The notes under the pieces are model-generated. The model ran no database searches and had not been told where the DNA came from. It saw nothing but the letters and a program-made list of their open reading frames with translations. A stretch of DNA of 64,000 bases, taken from NCBI GenBank assembly GCA_964106915.2, contig OZ066926.1; one strand, 5' to 3'. The number at the start of each line of letters is the position of its first letter. Positions within the stretch are counted from its first letter, which is position 1. The translations under genes and the position numbers were made by a program. The DNA is from Podarcis gaigeae (lineage: Eukaryota). Shown piece after piece: positions 22,401 through 36,420 of the stretch.

Positions 22401-25400
22401 CCCTGGCCATTGGCCATGCCTGCTGGGCAGCAACATCTGAAGAGGCAACTTAAGTATTGGCACTTAGTGAGACCATATGAATGTTTGGGCTCACACCCGC
22501 TTTGCCCTGCCCAGTCCTTTTTGCTGCTGCACTGTGCTGTACCAAGGCTTGGCTTGGCTTGTCATCCAAGTAGGATTCATGGTTAAGCTCTTGCCTCACT
22601 ATTCGCAAGCAAGAATAAACGTTCACGATACTGTCCAGCAGCAAAAAGGACTGGGCAGGAGCAAAGTGCCTGCAAGCTCCTCTCCAGGAGTCCTCATGCT
22701 CCTGTAATCTTGCTAAGCAGCAGTTTGGTGTAGCTCAATGTTCAAAACAGGCCACAGAGTAGCTATAAGGATAAGAGGAGAGATGCCCACTTTGGCTGCT
22801 TTGAGCTTTATGGTGGTTACCTGGAACATTATTCTTTGCTTGCTAGGACAATGCAGACTACTATTTTGCTTTGAAGTGCTCGAAAGGAGTTTTTGCAGGA
22901 GCCGAACAAGCGTTGCCTGGAACCAAACACTGGATGTTGCTCTGTACCTGGAGATATTTTGTGCTCTGTTATCTCAGCCTCAGAAAGGCACCCAGCTAGA
23001 GAGGATGGTTATGTAGGAGGGGAGAAGTGATGCAGCATGTGAGCATGAGACATGTACAAACAAAATTGTTTAGAGAAAGCTGTCATGACGAGTTCTCCCG
23101 AGAGCAGGGAGCCACCTACCTGCCCATCAGCTGATATAGAAACAACGTCTGATGACTTTCGTGTCTTGCATAGTGCTCCATGAGACCCTCTGAAGAAGCC
23201 CCTTTCAAAGGATGGCAGAAGCACTCTGAAAGGGGCTTCCCAAATCCCACCCCTTAATTGTAGTCTCTTCCTAAGTCCCTTTTCATCTTGGCCAGCACCT
23301 TGAAAGGGATTTAAGCAAAACCTGACAATCAGCTGATCTAGAGAATCCACTCCGCATTTATCGCCCTTGTTTTGTGTCTCTGTGTGCATCTTTTTCCCTC
23401 ATTGGCTATCTTGGTGCTGAGATTTGCTAGCGTAGGTAGATGACTGAATATGTAATTAGGATTGGTGTCTTGAACTGCAAAACACGGCTTGCATATTCTG
23501 CATCCCACTGCAGCTCAGTGCACCATTTGATTCCTGTTCTTTATAAATTCCTGAAACATTTAACACTATCCTGTATTAGAATGCTAACAGTAGCAGTTTG
23601 GAGACTGAGGTCACATTTACCCCTGTGATATTGGTATCTATCACAGGATAGATGATCCATCTGTACTGTACTGTTGCTTGTTTTCAGGCTTGCAAATAAC
23701 CACTAGCCTGCTTGCCTGCTGGAGTGAAAGAATATTTTCCAGCCAACCAGGTTGGACAGCTTTTGCAAATGAGAGGGCAGTTTATTCTTCGTTTATTTCG
23801 GGCTGTCAAAAAGACCCAGCATAGGTGTACATGAGCTGTTGTGCTAAGAAAGCTGCCTTGTGCCTTTGCATTTACTCCTGAGAAGAGATGCAGGCCTTTG
23901 CTATGTTTTGCTCTACCTTGGTCTGACCATTGGAGTTGTTTTATATGTCATTATCAGCACCATTTCTGTTCCTCCAAGCAGCTGAGAATATATGGTCAGG
24001 TCAGCTGATTTATTTAGGCAGTTTGAGCATCTTTTCTCTTGCCTCAGAATAATTCCTGTGTGTTTTGGAAAGAGGCCAGTAAAGTCCATATAGCAAATCG
24101 CTATGATGCTGCCATTTTTACTCTTATTTGCAGTGTACTTTTTAAATTAATGTGCTTTATGTATTATTAGCTTGTTCTATCTGAAAGGTCCTTTTTATAG
24201 GCATTTATCAGCATAGATACTTTCTGGTGAAGTTTATGTAGGTTGATTTTTTTCTATTTAAAAAAGCAACAACATTTAACCTGAAATTGATTTCACAGAT
24301 TTTGTATGTAAATGTGTTATATAATTTCAAATTTTAAACAACATTTCCATTTCCATTTTGTTGGAGGCATGTGGGAAATGTGTAGCATTTGAACAGTCAG
24401 TTACTTATTTTAATTTTATAAGAATTTCTGTTACAAAAATGAGAGAAGACTGGCCAGTTTTTAAGGAGTCCTGTAGCACCTTGAAGAGTGAACATTTTTT
24501 GTGGCATAAGGGTTTTATGTTTTCTTCTTGTAGGGTAGAGTCTACTTCTTAGATGCAGCTATTTCCAAGCTGAATCAATGAAGCTTCTGACTGTGATTTA
24601 TTTTGGTCAGAATTCACCACAAGACCACATTTTAGGCATGTTGGCTCCTTGGTTTAGGATAGTGACTTGTTTCCTATTTCCTTCAACAGCCTTCATGATA
24701 AACAATCTGACATGATTATGCTAAAACAAGAAAAACTACTTTGCTCTTAATGCCTAATGAAAAAACCCAAAATTTGGCAAGATAAAAAGTTCATGTGGAT
24801 TGTTTGTTAACACTTCCATAAGCTCAAAAATGTTGGGTTTTTTTAATTTAAAAAATGAACAAATGTTCACAAGGGAAGGTTGTGGAAATGCTTGTGTGTG
24901 AAATCATATGAATCACCTGAAAACTGCATGGATTGGTAGGGTAGCAAGCTAGCTAGGCCAAAATCCTTATTCCATTTGCAGACAGGAGATACAGAATAGC
25001 TCTAGTGACCACAGTAAAGCTGAGGTCCAATTCACACATTGTGGTTTTTCTGGTGTACACCTAAGATACTCAGAGTGTGCACCTATTGCTTGATGTGTTT
25101 CTGCAGACACATATGTCATACATTTGTCAGATTGCAGCTCCCTTTTGAGCAGCAAATCCAGGTTTGTTTCTTTGTCAGACATGAAGCTGCCTTGAGTGTC
25201 CCTATCGGACTTCCAGACATAGATACCAAACAAATGCCACATCCCCTGGGACTGTAAACATCAACTATTCAGCAGGTTGGATTCTGACAACCAGTATTCC
25301 TATCCAGTGGCAACTGGTCACAGACCTCATGCAGTTGAACCCATGAAGAATTTTGGTCTCCACCAAAGAATGGCTCCCTTCACTCTTGCTTGCAACAGCC

Positions 25401-26419
25401 GTGCTCAGCACAGAGTGAGAGAAACATCCCAGCAGAGGCAGTCTTCTCTTAAGACTATAGGAACTTCTTTGCTGGATCACATCAAGGTGCAGCTTTGAGA
25501 AGAGTTCTGCTTTCAGCAGTGCTCAGATGTCTAGATGCTCACAAGCAAGGTCTCCACTTATTGCTTGCCTTCAGTATCACCCCTGAAGATAAGTCAGGCA
25601 TGTCCACTTTCAACCTGGCAGCTGCAAGAACAAACTGGGATAACAGACTAACAGCACTAGCTGGGTTTGAATTGGAGGGACCAGACCTGAGAGTCATCTA
25701 CATCAGCCTTGGGTCATCTGGAAGGGCCAAATATTCCATCAGGTGATAGGCCACCCAACCTTTAGAAACATTTCCCCATCTGACATTGTCCACAATGTGG
25801 TGACTCTGCAAAACTGACTTGTCCCTTGGAAAGCTGGTTCTTCACTCTGGGTTCACCCCAAGGCACCCTTCATGCAATCTTGTCAAGCTTCACCAAAAAT
25901 TAAATTTGGGTATCAGGTCTTTTTTCAGCCCAAACTCACTGGAACACAGTTTGGCACCTTTCAGAGGAAAAGGGAGGCAGTCGTGGTGAGTTCTGGCACC
26001 TCTTTTTCTAGAAAAATAGCACTAGATTTCAGAATTTTATGGTTCCTAGCCCCCCACCCCAGCTCCACAATTAGAAAAAGGGTTGCAAACAGGCACTTGC
26101 CTGGTCACCTGTGTGGCAAGTACATGATCAGGCAGGGAAGTGCTGCAGATATTGGTGGCTCTTCTTCTTCAGGCTGATTAAGGTAATCACACTTCAGCTT
26201 TGTGTTCATTTCCACCTCAGTGTTGAAATGAGATAGAGCACAACTGTTTAATTAACTTGTAACAGTATTCCATAGAACTGAATTTAACAAGGTGGGGACG
26301 GAGTGGGGGATTAAACGGTCAGATTGCAGAAATTTAATAGAGCCAGGAAAGTGAAATTGACACCCTGAAATCTCTCTCTGATGTCTTCAAGCAGTCACCA
26401 CCTCTTCAATTTGCCTCTG

Positions 26420-26441
26420 ACACACACACACACACACACAC
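26420..26441. repeat. (CA)n microsatellite
   Basis: Direct observation. Confidence 0.9.
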
Positions 26442-27129
26442 AACGCAGCAGCTGTGCAGCACCCTAGAGCTGTACAGGGCAGCTGTTCAGAGCTCACTAA
26501 AAGAAACAGTGATCCTTTTCTTTATCAGTGCTAATGTTTACTACGAGACCCAGGGATGCGTTTAAAGTCATCCATGTAAATGCTGATCCTTTGTGACACC
26601 ATTTGGCTGCAACAGGGGATGATGGCATGGCTGCTCTGCACTAGTCCAGGGCACACACAACATCTACTTTCATGCAGGATTTCCAAGCAAATCCTGAAGG
26701 CCTTTTGCATTAGAGTTTTGGTGGTTCCTTTCTAATTTGCCATCTAATAAAAACCAAAAACAGATTATGTCCAGTTTCGGCAATGCCTTTATCTGGAAGC
26801 TCTTGGGGGGGCTTTGTTCATACAGAATGAGTGGCCCATGGTACTCAGGTCAGCATTCCCTCTTGGAGCTGGGCAGAGTTCACTTACTGCTCCATTCGTC
26901 AGCTGCCATTCCTCCAAGTAGCATGCTCATTTCCCCCCCTTCATTCTCACAACAACCCTGTGAGGTCGGTTAGGCTGAGACAAAGTGACAAACTCAGCTT
27001 TACAAGCAAGTGACATGGTTAAGCAAAGATATTAATCCTGCAGTAGCTCTCAGGATCTTTCGTTGAGACCGGTCAGGTTGTTTCTTATTGAGCAAATCTC
27101 AGATTCTTTGCCTTATAGGCACTTAGGCC

Positions 27130-27276
27130 CAGTGGCGTAGCGTGGGGGGTGCAGGGGGGGCCGGCCTCACCGGGCGCAACATCTGGGGGTTAGGGTAAGG
27201 GGGCGCAAATCCACGGGTTAGGGGGCGCAAATTACTTGCCTTGCCCCGGGTGCTGACAACCCACGCTACGCCACTG
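27130..27276. mobile_element. 147-bp hAT-type MITE
   Basis: 17-bp perfect TIR CAGTGGCGTAGCGTGGG; perfect 8-bp TSD CTTAGGCC (27122-27129, 27277-27284). Confidence 0.9.
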
Positions 27277-27432
27277 CTTAGGCCTTTGTCACGTTTTGTT
27301 TGGTGCTATTTGCTAACTTCATGGACAAAAAGACTATTCAGACCGATCTCGGATGGACCGCAGTTTTATTTGCACAGATCAACTGATCCTTTTCCCTTGC
27401 GTGAAGCACCTCTGTTAACACCACATGGGTAC

Positions 27433-27680
27433 CCGTATTTTTCGCTCTATAAGACGCACCAAACCACAAGACGCACCTAGTTTTAGCGCAAAAAAAAATA
27501 TTCTGAATCTCAGAAGCCAGAACAGCAAGATTGATCGCTGCGCAGTGAAAGCAGCAATCCCTCTTGCTGTTCTGGCTTCTGGGATAGCTGCGCAGCCTGC
27601 ATTCGCTCCATAAGACGCACACACATTTCCCCTTACTTTTTAGGAGGGAAAAAGTGAGTCTTATAGAGCAAAAAATACGG
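27433..27680. mobile_element. TcMar-type MITE (CCGTATTTTT TIR family)
   Basis: TIR ccgtatttttcgctctataagac / gtcttatagagcaaaaaatacgg, TA-associated; near-identical copies at 41660 and 44055. Confidence 0.85.
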
Positions 27681-27859
27681 TAGCTGTCAGGGTACTTTGG
27701 GATGTTTAGCCAGATATGGCAATGGGAACGTGCAGTCACACTCAGAAAGTCCCATAAGCTTCAGTCTTGTCTCCGACGTTTAGCATCTCTATGAAGCTTC
27801 TGGGTGGCGGGGGCAGGGCACAATTGGGGGAAAAAGTGTTACCAATATGCAAATAACCC

Positions 27860-28290
27860 CCAGCTTTATGCCAGCATTTCATCAGAATTAGGAGATGCTG
27901 TTGAAGTGCTGGACCAGCGTCTGGTCTCAGATATGGGCTGGATGAGGGTCAGTTAGCTGAAAGTGAATCCCAGGAAGTCAGGTTTTGTGGGTCAGTGGTT
28001 TATAGGTTTGGGAATTAGGGAGTTGGCCAGTTCAGGATGGAATAGTGCTTTGCCTGAACGACCAAGTTTGCAGCTTGAGAGCGCACCTTGATTCCACATT
28101 ATTGCTGAAGGAATGTCCCTGCCCATGTCCAGCTGGTCTGTCCAGCATCCTTGGACTAGAACATCTTGACCTCAGGAACCCATGCACTAATATCCTCCCA
28201 ATTTGATTACTGCAATGTGCTTTACGTGGACTGCCCTTTCTGGCTGCTTGACAATGTGAGACAGGGCATTGTTAGGGGTGGCCCCCTGAT
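27860..28290 (+). mobile_element. Old L2 ORF2 fragment
   Basis: Degenerate ..WMRVS.LKVNP.K.. and FDYCNVLYV motifs. Confidence 0.6.
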
Positions 28291-28429
28291 TATGAAACCA
28301 TGACTTCATTTAGCACAAGATGAAAACTGTTTTGTTTACCCAGGCCTTTGAAATATAATCAGCCTTATTGCTGACAGTGTTACTAGGAACATAGTCAGCT
28401 GCCTCCTGTAGAGTCGGACCATTGCTCTA

Positions 28430-28652
28430 CAGTGGTACTGTACCTCGGGTTACATACGCTTCAGGTTACAGACTCCGCTAACTCAGAAATAGTGCTTCAG
28501 GTTAAGAACTTTGCTTCAGGATGAGAACAAAAATTGTGCTCCGGCGGCACGGCAGCAGCAAGAGGCCCCATTAGCTAAAGTGGTGATTCAGGTAAAGAAC
28601 AGTTTCAGGTTAAGAACGGACCTCCGGAACAAATTAACCCGAGGTACCACTG
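28430..28652. mobile_element. TcMar (Tigger/pogo-like) MITE
   Basis: CAGTGGTAC...CCGAGGTACCACTG with TA flanks. Confidence 0.85.
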
Positions 28653-30111
28653 TATTTGGCTCAGTTTTGTCCACACTGAGTGGCAGTGGCTCTCCAGAAT
28701 TTCTGACTGAGTTTTTCCCCTGTGCTGCCCAGAAATGCCTAGGGTGGAACTGTGTGTAAAGTAGATGGTCTACCATTGAGCTACGGCACTTCCCATCGTG
28801 CATGTTGTTTTTGTGTTAATGCTAGTTTGTATTGTTGTGCTGTGTTACTTTGTGCAACCATTTGGAGAAAGGGTTGGAAATAAATACATCTCTTGCAAAG
28901 CAGATATAGTTTCATAGTTTTTTTTTTGCAGTGTAGGGGAAAGCATGTTATGTAGCATTTTCTTATTTTTGATTACTCTCTGCAAATGTCTTATAGAGAA
29001 CTTAGGGCAGCTGCAGAGCTAGACTTGCTTTGCCCTCCCCAGAGTGGTAACAGAGACAAGGCAATTTGGAAAGAGGTTCTGTATGAAACTACAAAACCCG
29101 TACGTAAACTAATATGCTGTATTGCCCCCCCCCCCCGGTCCCCAGCCATTATGTGCCCTCTGAAAAATCAGTAAATTCTCTTTAGGATTTCCTTTCCTAA
29201 AGGGAGCCTTGGATAACCTGTGTTCTGAGAAGAACTGCAGCAGCTGACAGTAAAATCAACTGTGTGTGTAGCGTAGAAACATGTCTCTTAATTCAGCCCT
29301 GAGCAGAACTGAGAAACAGGCTGCATTAACGCTGATTCTTACTGATGCTTATAAAAATTGGGCCAGAGATGCATTCACAGTGATGGCCTTAAGCCAATCA
29401 TCATCTGAATTAAGAGAAAACAACTATTCTCCTGCGCCTGCCCAGCCCATCCAGTTATTCTGAGTATGCTTTGTCAAAAGATGGAATGAAAATACCAATA
29501 TACTGTAGTATTCTGTTATCAGGAAATTTCTCTGTGCAAGCCCTCTATGAAATGAGCAGGAGCTGCTGCACAAGGACACACAAACTGTTGCTGATTGAAT
29601 TTGATGCCCACATCTGCATTGGGTGGGAATGTCTGTTCCCATTTAGTACTGCAGGAACACATACAGTAGTAGTAGTGGGACCCTCCAGTTTTTAAGCATA
29701 TGGGGGAAAACTATCCGTTTCTTTCCTTTCCACTCCCTGTATTCTCAGCAGCCAAAGTAACAGTGGGAGTTTTCACTGGAATACGTGGTCCAGGCTTCCT
29801 GTGTGTTCGACCACAAACTTGAGGGGGAAATTGCCAAAACTGAGCAAACTGCTCATTTTTCAGAATTCCCCATCTCTCCCGCCTTTGCATATTGCAGAAC
29901 TGGTACAAATCAGGGTGCAGCTCTTATTCTCATAGATGTCTGATATGGAACTTTCCTTTATTGTGCATTTCCTGGTACGTTCTTGACTATTGCAGACTGA
30001 CATTGAGGTCCAGGGTATCTTTCATAACACTGTGAACCAAGAAGGGGAGGTACTGCAAGTAAGAGAAAGAAATGGGAGATGAATGATTTCTTTTTAACTT
30101 TCACACCATAA

Positions 30112-30246
30112 AGAATCATAGAATCATAGAGTTGGAAGAGACCCCAAGGGCCATCGAGTCCAACCCCCTGCCAAGCAGGAAACACCATCAAAGCACTCCT
30201 GACATATGGTTGTCAAGCCTCTGCTTAAAGACCTCCAAATGAGGAG
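30112..30246 (-). mobile_element. CR1 LINE 3' end
   Basis: Reverse complement ends ...ctcttccaactctatgattctatgattct, the CR1 octamer tail. Confidence 0.8.
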
Positions 30247-31742
30247 CACACTAGTGAGTTGTGACCACAGAATAGGATTATAGGTTTGGTGCTAAATTAT
30301 AGCATCTGAGGCAGAGTTGACCTGTTCCAGAAACAAACTTTGTTTGGAGGCGGCTCCCCTTCTAGCGATTTCTTTCCCCAGAGTAGATTTCCTGGTTGAT
30401 TCAATTAGTGCTTTAAGAGAGACATTAAATGCATTTCTTTTCTACCATGCCTTTTAAGATTTCAACTGAGTATTAGTTTTAAATATGGGATTTGTAACAA
30501 ATATTGGTGTGTGGAGTGTTCCTGTTCAAGGTTTCCTGACTGTCCTGTTCTTTTCCAGGATACCCTTTTTTCTGTGTTTTGTGGCCAAGCATGCTCAGCC
30601 CTCGTTGGGTTGCTGGGGTTTTTTTTTTGCTTTTGCCCCCTTAGGTCACCCCAAAACCTTTTGTACTTCTTCAAACCTTGGAGCCACCTGGTCTCTTTCT
30701 TAGCTACATAAGGATCCACACTCAGATAATGTGTTTGCTATTAGCATATATAGGATCCTGTCTCCCGCTTTTATGATATATAGTGCCCTTCCAGCTGCAT
30801 CGTTCGCTTCTTCTTGGCAGTTTTTATTTGTGTTTTATTGTGCTTCTTTTTATCTAATGTTGTGAGGCATTTTGAGGACCTTGGCTGACAGAAAGTGGAA
30901 ATTAAAATATTTATATATGAACTATTTCACTTGCAAAGGTTTGCAATTCTTGTCAGTTGAGTAATACTGGGGAGAAACTTGTGTGACCCTAAATTGCTGC
31001 AGTCTTAGCAATTTACATACATTGTGCTTGATGAACCCTGGCTGGAACAAGTATCTGTTATACAGTGACTGGAATAAATTGTACAACCACTATCCTTACC
31101 CGGCCGTTACCCACTTCCACCCTTATCTGTCCTGACATGATCTCTGTAGTTGAACTGTTGATGGACTTGTTGTCCTCTTTGCCTGTCTATGCTGAAAACA
31201 AGACTTCCATTGTACTCCTGACCAATCTATGTCTGCTCTGTCTAAAATGGAAGTCTGTCACTTGACAGGTGTCATCAGACGTGTCATCCGAATGTCTTCT
31301 TCTGGGGCAGGATGCTTTGGGAGGTTTTAGGTGGGAGAGGGCACCAGGAAACTCATACTGTTGAGCATTAGGATTATTTCTGTTGCTGGTTGTGCTAGCA
31401 AAGATGATGGCAACAAAATTTAAAAACAAGTGTCATGGGAAGATAATGTTGCACACTTCTTTTCATGCCTGACAAACTTCTGGGGTTTAAGCACACCAAG
31501 GACCAGAGAGCTCCCTGGGCCAGATTCCAGCCTCAGACCCTGAGCTCCTCCTTGGAAGCCCTGGCTGCTGGACAGGAGGTACATTGGGGAGACAGAGTCT
31601 TCCATGGGTGATAATTTCTAGGATGAAAAGCTCCTGGCAGAAGTAGCAGCTGTGGTGAATCAGCAGTACACCATGCATTATTAGAGCACAGAGGTGAATT
31701 AGAGCAACTTCCGGGCGTTTGTGGGAAGAAGAGTGATAATTA

Positions 31743-31892
31743 CCGTATTTTTCTGTGTATAAGACTAGGTTTTTTCTTTTTAAAATATGTTTAAAATTGG
31801 GGGTCGTCTTATACATGGATACAATCTCCCCCCATTTTCTTTATTTGGAGACCCCTAAAACAGGGCATGTCTTATACACAGGAAAAATATGG
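31743..31892. mobile_element. Short TcMar-type MITE related to the CCGTATTTT family
   Basis: TIRs ccgtatttttctgtgtataagac / gtcttatacacaggaaaaatatgg, TA flanks. Confidence 0.75.
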
Positions 31893-34619
31893 TAATTGTG
31901 GTTGATAAGGTACAGAGACTAGAAAAATACACCAAAAATACAGTATACACCAATATACTGTAATTTTAAAAGCCTAAATAGTTAAAATAGCCACGCAGAA
32001 TATTTGCAGTAGGTGCACATACGTTTTTCTTGCTTTGCAGATATAAAGGAGGGAAGAGTAGCTCAGAATAGCCACTTTCAAAGTGGCTAGAGTTTTGGGG
32101 AGGGGTTTCTAAAGCAGGTGGGGATGTTGTGTGGCTCACCTCGTAAAACTGACCCCTGTTTAGCAAGGCAGATTGCATAACGTTGGTTTACCTGAAGATC
32201 ATAATTGTTCTAATGTTGGGAGACACTCACAGAGTAACCCTTACTCAGATGTAAGTCCTGTTGAGTTTTGCATGGTGTACTCCCTTGGATGTGTACCCAG
32301 GATAGTAGCACCTACAGTTTTTGAAATTTGCTGGGGATGTTGGTGGACCACTTAAACTTTTTGTTGTTCAAAAAGATCAAAGTACAGATCTAAGTACATG
32401 CTGTACATAACACACTTTCCCACCCTCCTCCTTCAGTGCTGGCATTGTCAAAACTAGTGATGCTTTATGAAAGCATGGGTTGGCGAATGCTTAGGGAGAA
32501 ATTGGCAGACTGTTCCAGTGCCATGTTATGAAATTGACAGGCCACTGCCAGGACCTTGACCTGTATTTTCAGAAAAATGAATTAAGTGAGGGCAAAGTGC
32601 ACATATTCCTGACTGCTCTACAGCCTTCTTAGGTTCCTGAATAGAATTTGTAGGATAGAGCTTGCTTGAGAACTTTTGCTTGTAACATAACTAGTTTGAG
32701 ACAGTGGTCAGATTGCTGAATTTTCCCTTCATGTCCCATATGGTTTCTTGGGCAGTGAAGCATTTTTAATGGGCTAGTAATGCCTGTGGATTTGTTTTCC
32801 AGGCTATCTTAAAAAAGAATAACATGCCGATGGTAATCTTACTGTTGCTCAGATACTGGTATGATTAATTTGATCCAAAAAAAATCCTTTTTTATATAAA
32901 AAAATACATTTCTTGTAAACAGATTTTGTGGTTTGGACAGCTGGCATGACTGCCTCCCTAGAGTCATTCAGTGCCACTGTCACCTGTATGGGTGGCTCTC
33001 ACTGCTGCCGCCTCCTCCTCCTCCTGCTGCTGCTTTTGCTGTTCCCTGCTTGTCTGGGAAAGGCTGCTGTGTCAATCATGGCTTCCCCCCTGTATTTGGA
33101 GAGTACAGGATGAGACCCCATGGAGCAAACAGGGAGACGGAACAGGGCTTCCCCCTCCCTTCTGTTCATCTGCCTCATGGGCCTTTGCACTGGCCCCTAT
33201 CCTGCACCCCCCCCATATACTGCTGCTCACACTGCCTCACCTGGTGCAGGCACCTACTTAAGACTGTTTGCTTGGACTTACAGAAGTAGAATAACAATTC
33301 CCTTGAAAGGAATTACTGAAATTTTTAAAAATATGAATCGTTTTTCCGAAACTGCTAATGATGTTCAAAATTCACCCTAAATGCCATCTTGGGCTCGACA
33401 CTCACACATGCTGTACATTCCTTGCTTGATCTCTCTACGCTTCCTGGTTGGCACTTGAATGAAAAACGGAAACTGAAAAGCAGATAAGAGATATGAGAGT
33501 TCTGTCCATGGTGTTAGGTCTCTCAAGGCTGAGGCCTAGTCTACATATCTGGCCAAATAAAGTAGGAATGAAGATTTTAGCCAGGGTGTGCATGCCTTTT
33601 TTATGTTGTTATTTTTCAGATTACATTAAGTACATTTGAGAAAACAGCTGTTCCAACAATATACAACAAACAACTTGACCTGGTCTTTTTACAGATTTGT
33701 GTCATGCTGGATAATAAAGTTTCATTTGATTATTCTAAAAGGTCACACCATATTTTTTCATGGGTAGTGCATGGTTTCCTGCCACAGTCCAAATAATTGC
33801 CGTATTCAATAAGTATTTGCCATGTGCTGTAGAAAGAAAATGGGTTATGCTTGCCTCTGGCTGCTCCAACTTGTCATGCCAGCTTCTCAGCCAATGCTAT
33901 GGACCACACTCCAGCATACCAAGAGCCCATGCTGAGACCAGCGGAAGCGGCTCTTGGGAGTGGGACCGGTGCAGTTGTACTGGGCACGGTGCTTCTGAAG
34001 CGCCGGAGGAGGCTCCACCACTATTGCCCCAATGGGAGGCGGAACAGGGGCACCAGATTTGGGGGCCTCTGAAATTTGAGACTCCAAGGTCTGCCACAGA
34101 GACCAGTCCCAGTTCGCCAGCATCTGGCTATCTCCATTTGTGCTGCTGTTAATAAAAAAAGCCTAAGAGAGCATTGTGGGGGTGGCGGCAGCTCTGGAAG
34201 TAGAAGACTGGCCGAGTAGGGAGCAGCCTAGTTTAGGACATTTTACGCTTGATATGCTGGTTTTCTTCTGCCTGAGAGTTTTTACACAGGGAAGTATGCA
34301 ATAATGTCCTTCTGTACTGTCATTCTGAAGTGGTGCAGGCCACTCTACTCCCTCAGACTGCAGCATATGTAGACTGGGCCTCATTCACTCATGCCAACAA
34401 GCCATCCCTCACCTGACGTTGAACATCTGTTTTGGAATTAATACTTTTCAGTTGTGAGAGCAGTTTAAGAGAAACAGAACAAAAAATTGCATATTGGTTT
34501 ATTTTATGAAAAGGCCAAAAGCAGGGCAGTTCTGTTTAGATGTGGTCTGGTTTTTGTTTTAATGCAAGCAGTGGCCTACAAAGAATCAATTTCCTCTTCT
34601 CCATCTTCTCTTTAGCACA

Positions 34620-34930
34620 ATGGCTGACAACACAAGTAAACTCACCAAGCATGTGAACAAAACACCTCCAAGGTCTCCTGCAGATTCCGCAAAAGAAAAA
34701 GCAGCCAAAAGGTTATCCTGCGACTCAAACAGCTCCCACGACGGGGCCAGTGGGCCAGAGCTAAGTGCTCTTGAAGAGGCTTTCAGAAAATTTGCTATCC
34801 ACGGGGATACGAGAGCCACGGGGAAAGAGATGCATGGGAAAAACTGGTCCAAGTTGTGTAAGGATTGCCACGTGATTGATAGCAAGAACGTGACTCTCAC
34901 CGATGTTGACATCGTCTTCAGCAAGATCAA
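34620..34930 (+). CDS. TPPP: Tubulin polymerization-promoting protein p25-alpha, first coding exon (exon starts 34616)
   Basis: MADNTSK...KTPPRSP...AAKRLS...[57 protein letters not shown]; the disordered N-terminal tail is specific to TPPP1; acceptor tttag, donor gtaatt, phase 2. Confidence 0.97.
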
Positions 34931-35281
34931 GTAATTTCTCCCTCCGCTTCTTCTGCCTTATCTTACATCTCCCCCCCCCCCCCCGATATTTGTATTGCTT
35001 AGTCTGTTTGTGAGTAATAATAGGTGGAATATGTTGGTTACATATACCCCAATTACATCATAAACATTGTTTTTAAGTTCTGTAAAACGCGGGGAACACC
35101 ATGCTATCTTCAGATATTGTTGGACTTCAGCTCTCTCCAGCCCCAGCTAGCATGGGCAGTGATCTCAGGTGATGGAACTTAGAGTCCAGCAGTATCTGGA
35201 GAGCACCAGGTTAGCTCCGCCATGCTTTACAAGTTTAGACTGCACATCTGAGTTTATTTTTCTGTAGTAATTAGCATTCAC

Positions 35282-35662
35282 GGGACGCGGGTGGCGCTGT
35301 GGGTAAATGCCTCAGCGCCTAGGACTTGCCGATCGAAAGGTCGGCGGTTCGAATCCCCGCGGCGGGGTGCGCTCCCGTTGCTCAGTCCCAGCGCCTGCCA
35401 ACCTAGCAGTTCGAAAGCACCCTCGGGTGCAAGTAGATAAATAGGGACCGCTTTCTAGCGGGAAGGTAAACGGCGTTTCCGTGTGCGGCTCTGGCTCGCC
35501 AGAGCAGCGATGTCACGCTGGCCACGTGACCCGGAAGTGTCTTCGGACAGCGCTGGCCCCTGGCCTCTTGAGTGAGATGGGCGCACAACCCCAGAGTCTG
35601 GCAAGACTGGCCCGTACGGGCAGGGGTACCTTTACCTTTACCTTTACCTTTACCTTTACCTT
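35282..35662 (+). mobile_element. Full-length young Sauria SINE with (TACCTT)n tail
   Basis: 14-bp TSD taattagcattcac; CpGs intact. Confidence 0.95.
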
Positions 35663-36420
35663 TAATTAGCATTCACAGGTTACACATTCCAGGCGAAAAT
35701 ACATTGAGTGATAGCCAACAGTCATACTCAAGAGTCAACACATTGAAATTAATGGCCTTAAGAAAATTAAGTATATTTTAATTGACAAAATGTATGTACT
35801 GTTTTAATTAATAACATCAAAGCATAGAAGCATATTAAATTATTGATTAAAATACCAATGAAATCAAGCATTAGCACCATGTTGGCATAACATTTATTAA
35901 AATATAAACAAAATAAGTAGTTTTAAAACAAATGCACAAAGTTAAAATTATTTGTCTGGATAGACTTGTCTTTAAAAATGCTTTTAAGAGGTGCCAAAAA
36001 TAATTCTCCAAAGTGTAGGTGCTGCTACACTAAAGCATCAGTTCCTTGCAAGTGAGGAACAAACATTATGTGGCAGTTGTAAAAATGTCAGTTCTGCAGA
36101 TAGAAGCAGTTGAGCGGGTGCATACAAGGTAAGGCAGTCCTTCAAGTCAACTTAAAGGCTTTATATACTAATAGTAATATCTTGAATTTGACTTAGAACT
36201 TTAAAAAAAAAATTTCAACAAGACTAAATATAACTAACCTTGTATATTGGTCATTATTAGCTTCACTTCTGAAAATCTCCCTAATACTATTTTTATTCTG
36301 GGACAATTACTGTGCACTGGATATTTGTGTGAGAAAAACTGTTTTGCAGATTAGATGTATAGTGCCTGGTATGTACACTTCTGAACTGTTTTGGAGTCTG
36401 GCTTTTGCTGAATATTGTTA

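Noticed and set aside
30462-30719. ORF with KKYKRFWGDLRG, faintly PH-domain-like
   Set aside because: Only a few residues of resemblance, no splice support, surrounded by low-complexity sequence
35282-35365. tRNA gene suggested by the GGTTCGAATCCC B-box
   Set aside because: It is the tRNA-derived head of a SINE, continuous with the SINE core, tail and TSD
35403-35781. Recurrent short ORFs such as ...KGKGKG... and STYLSTCTL...CFRTARLAGAG at several loci
   Set aside because: Translations of non-coding Sauria SINE copies and their hexamer tails
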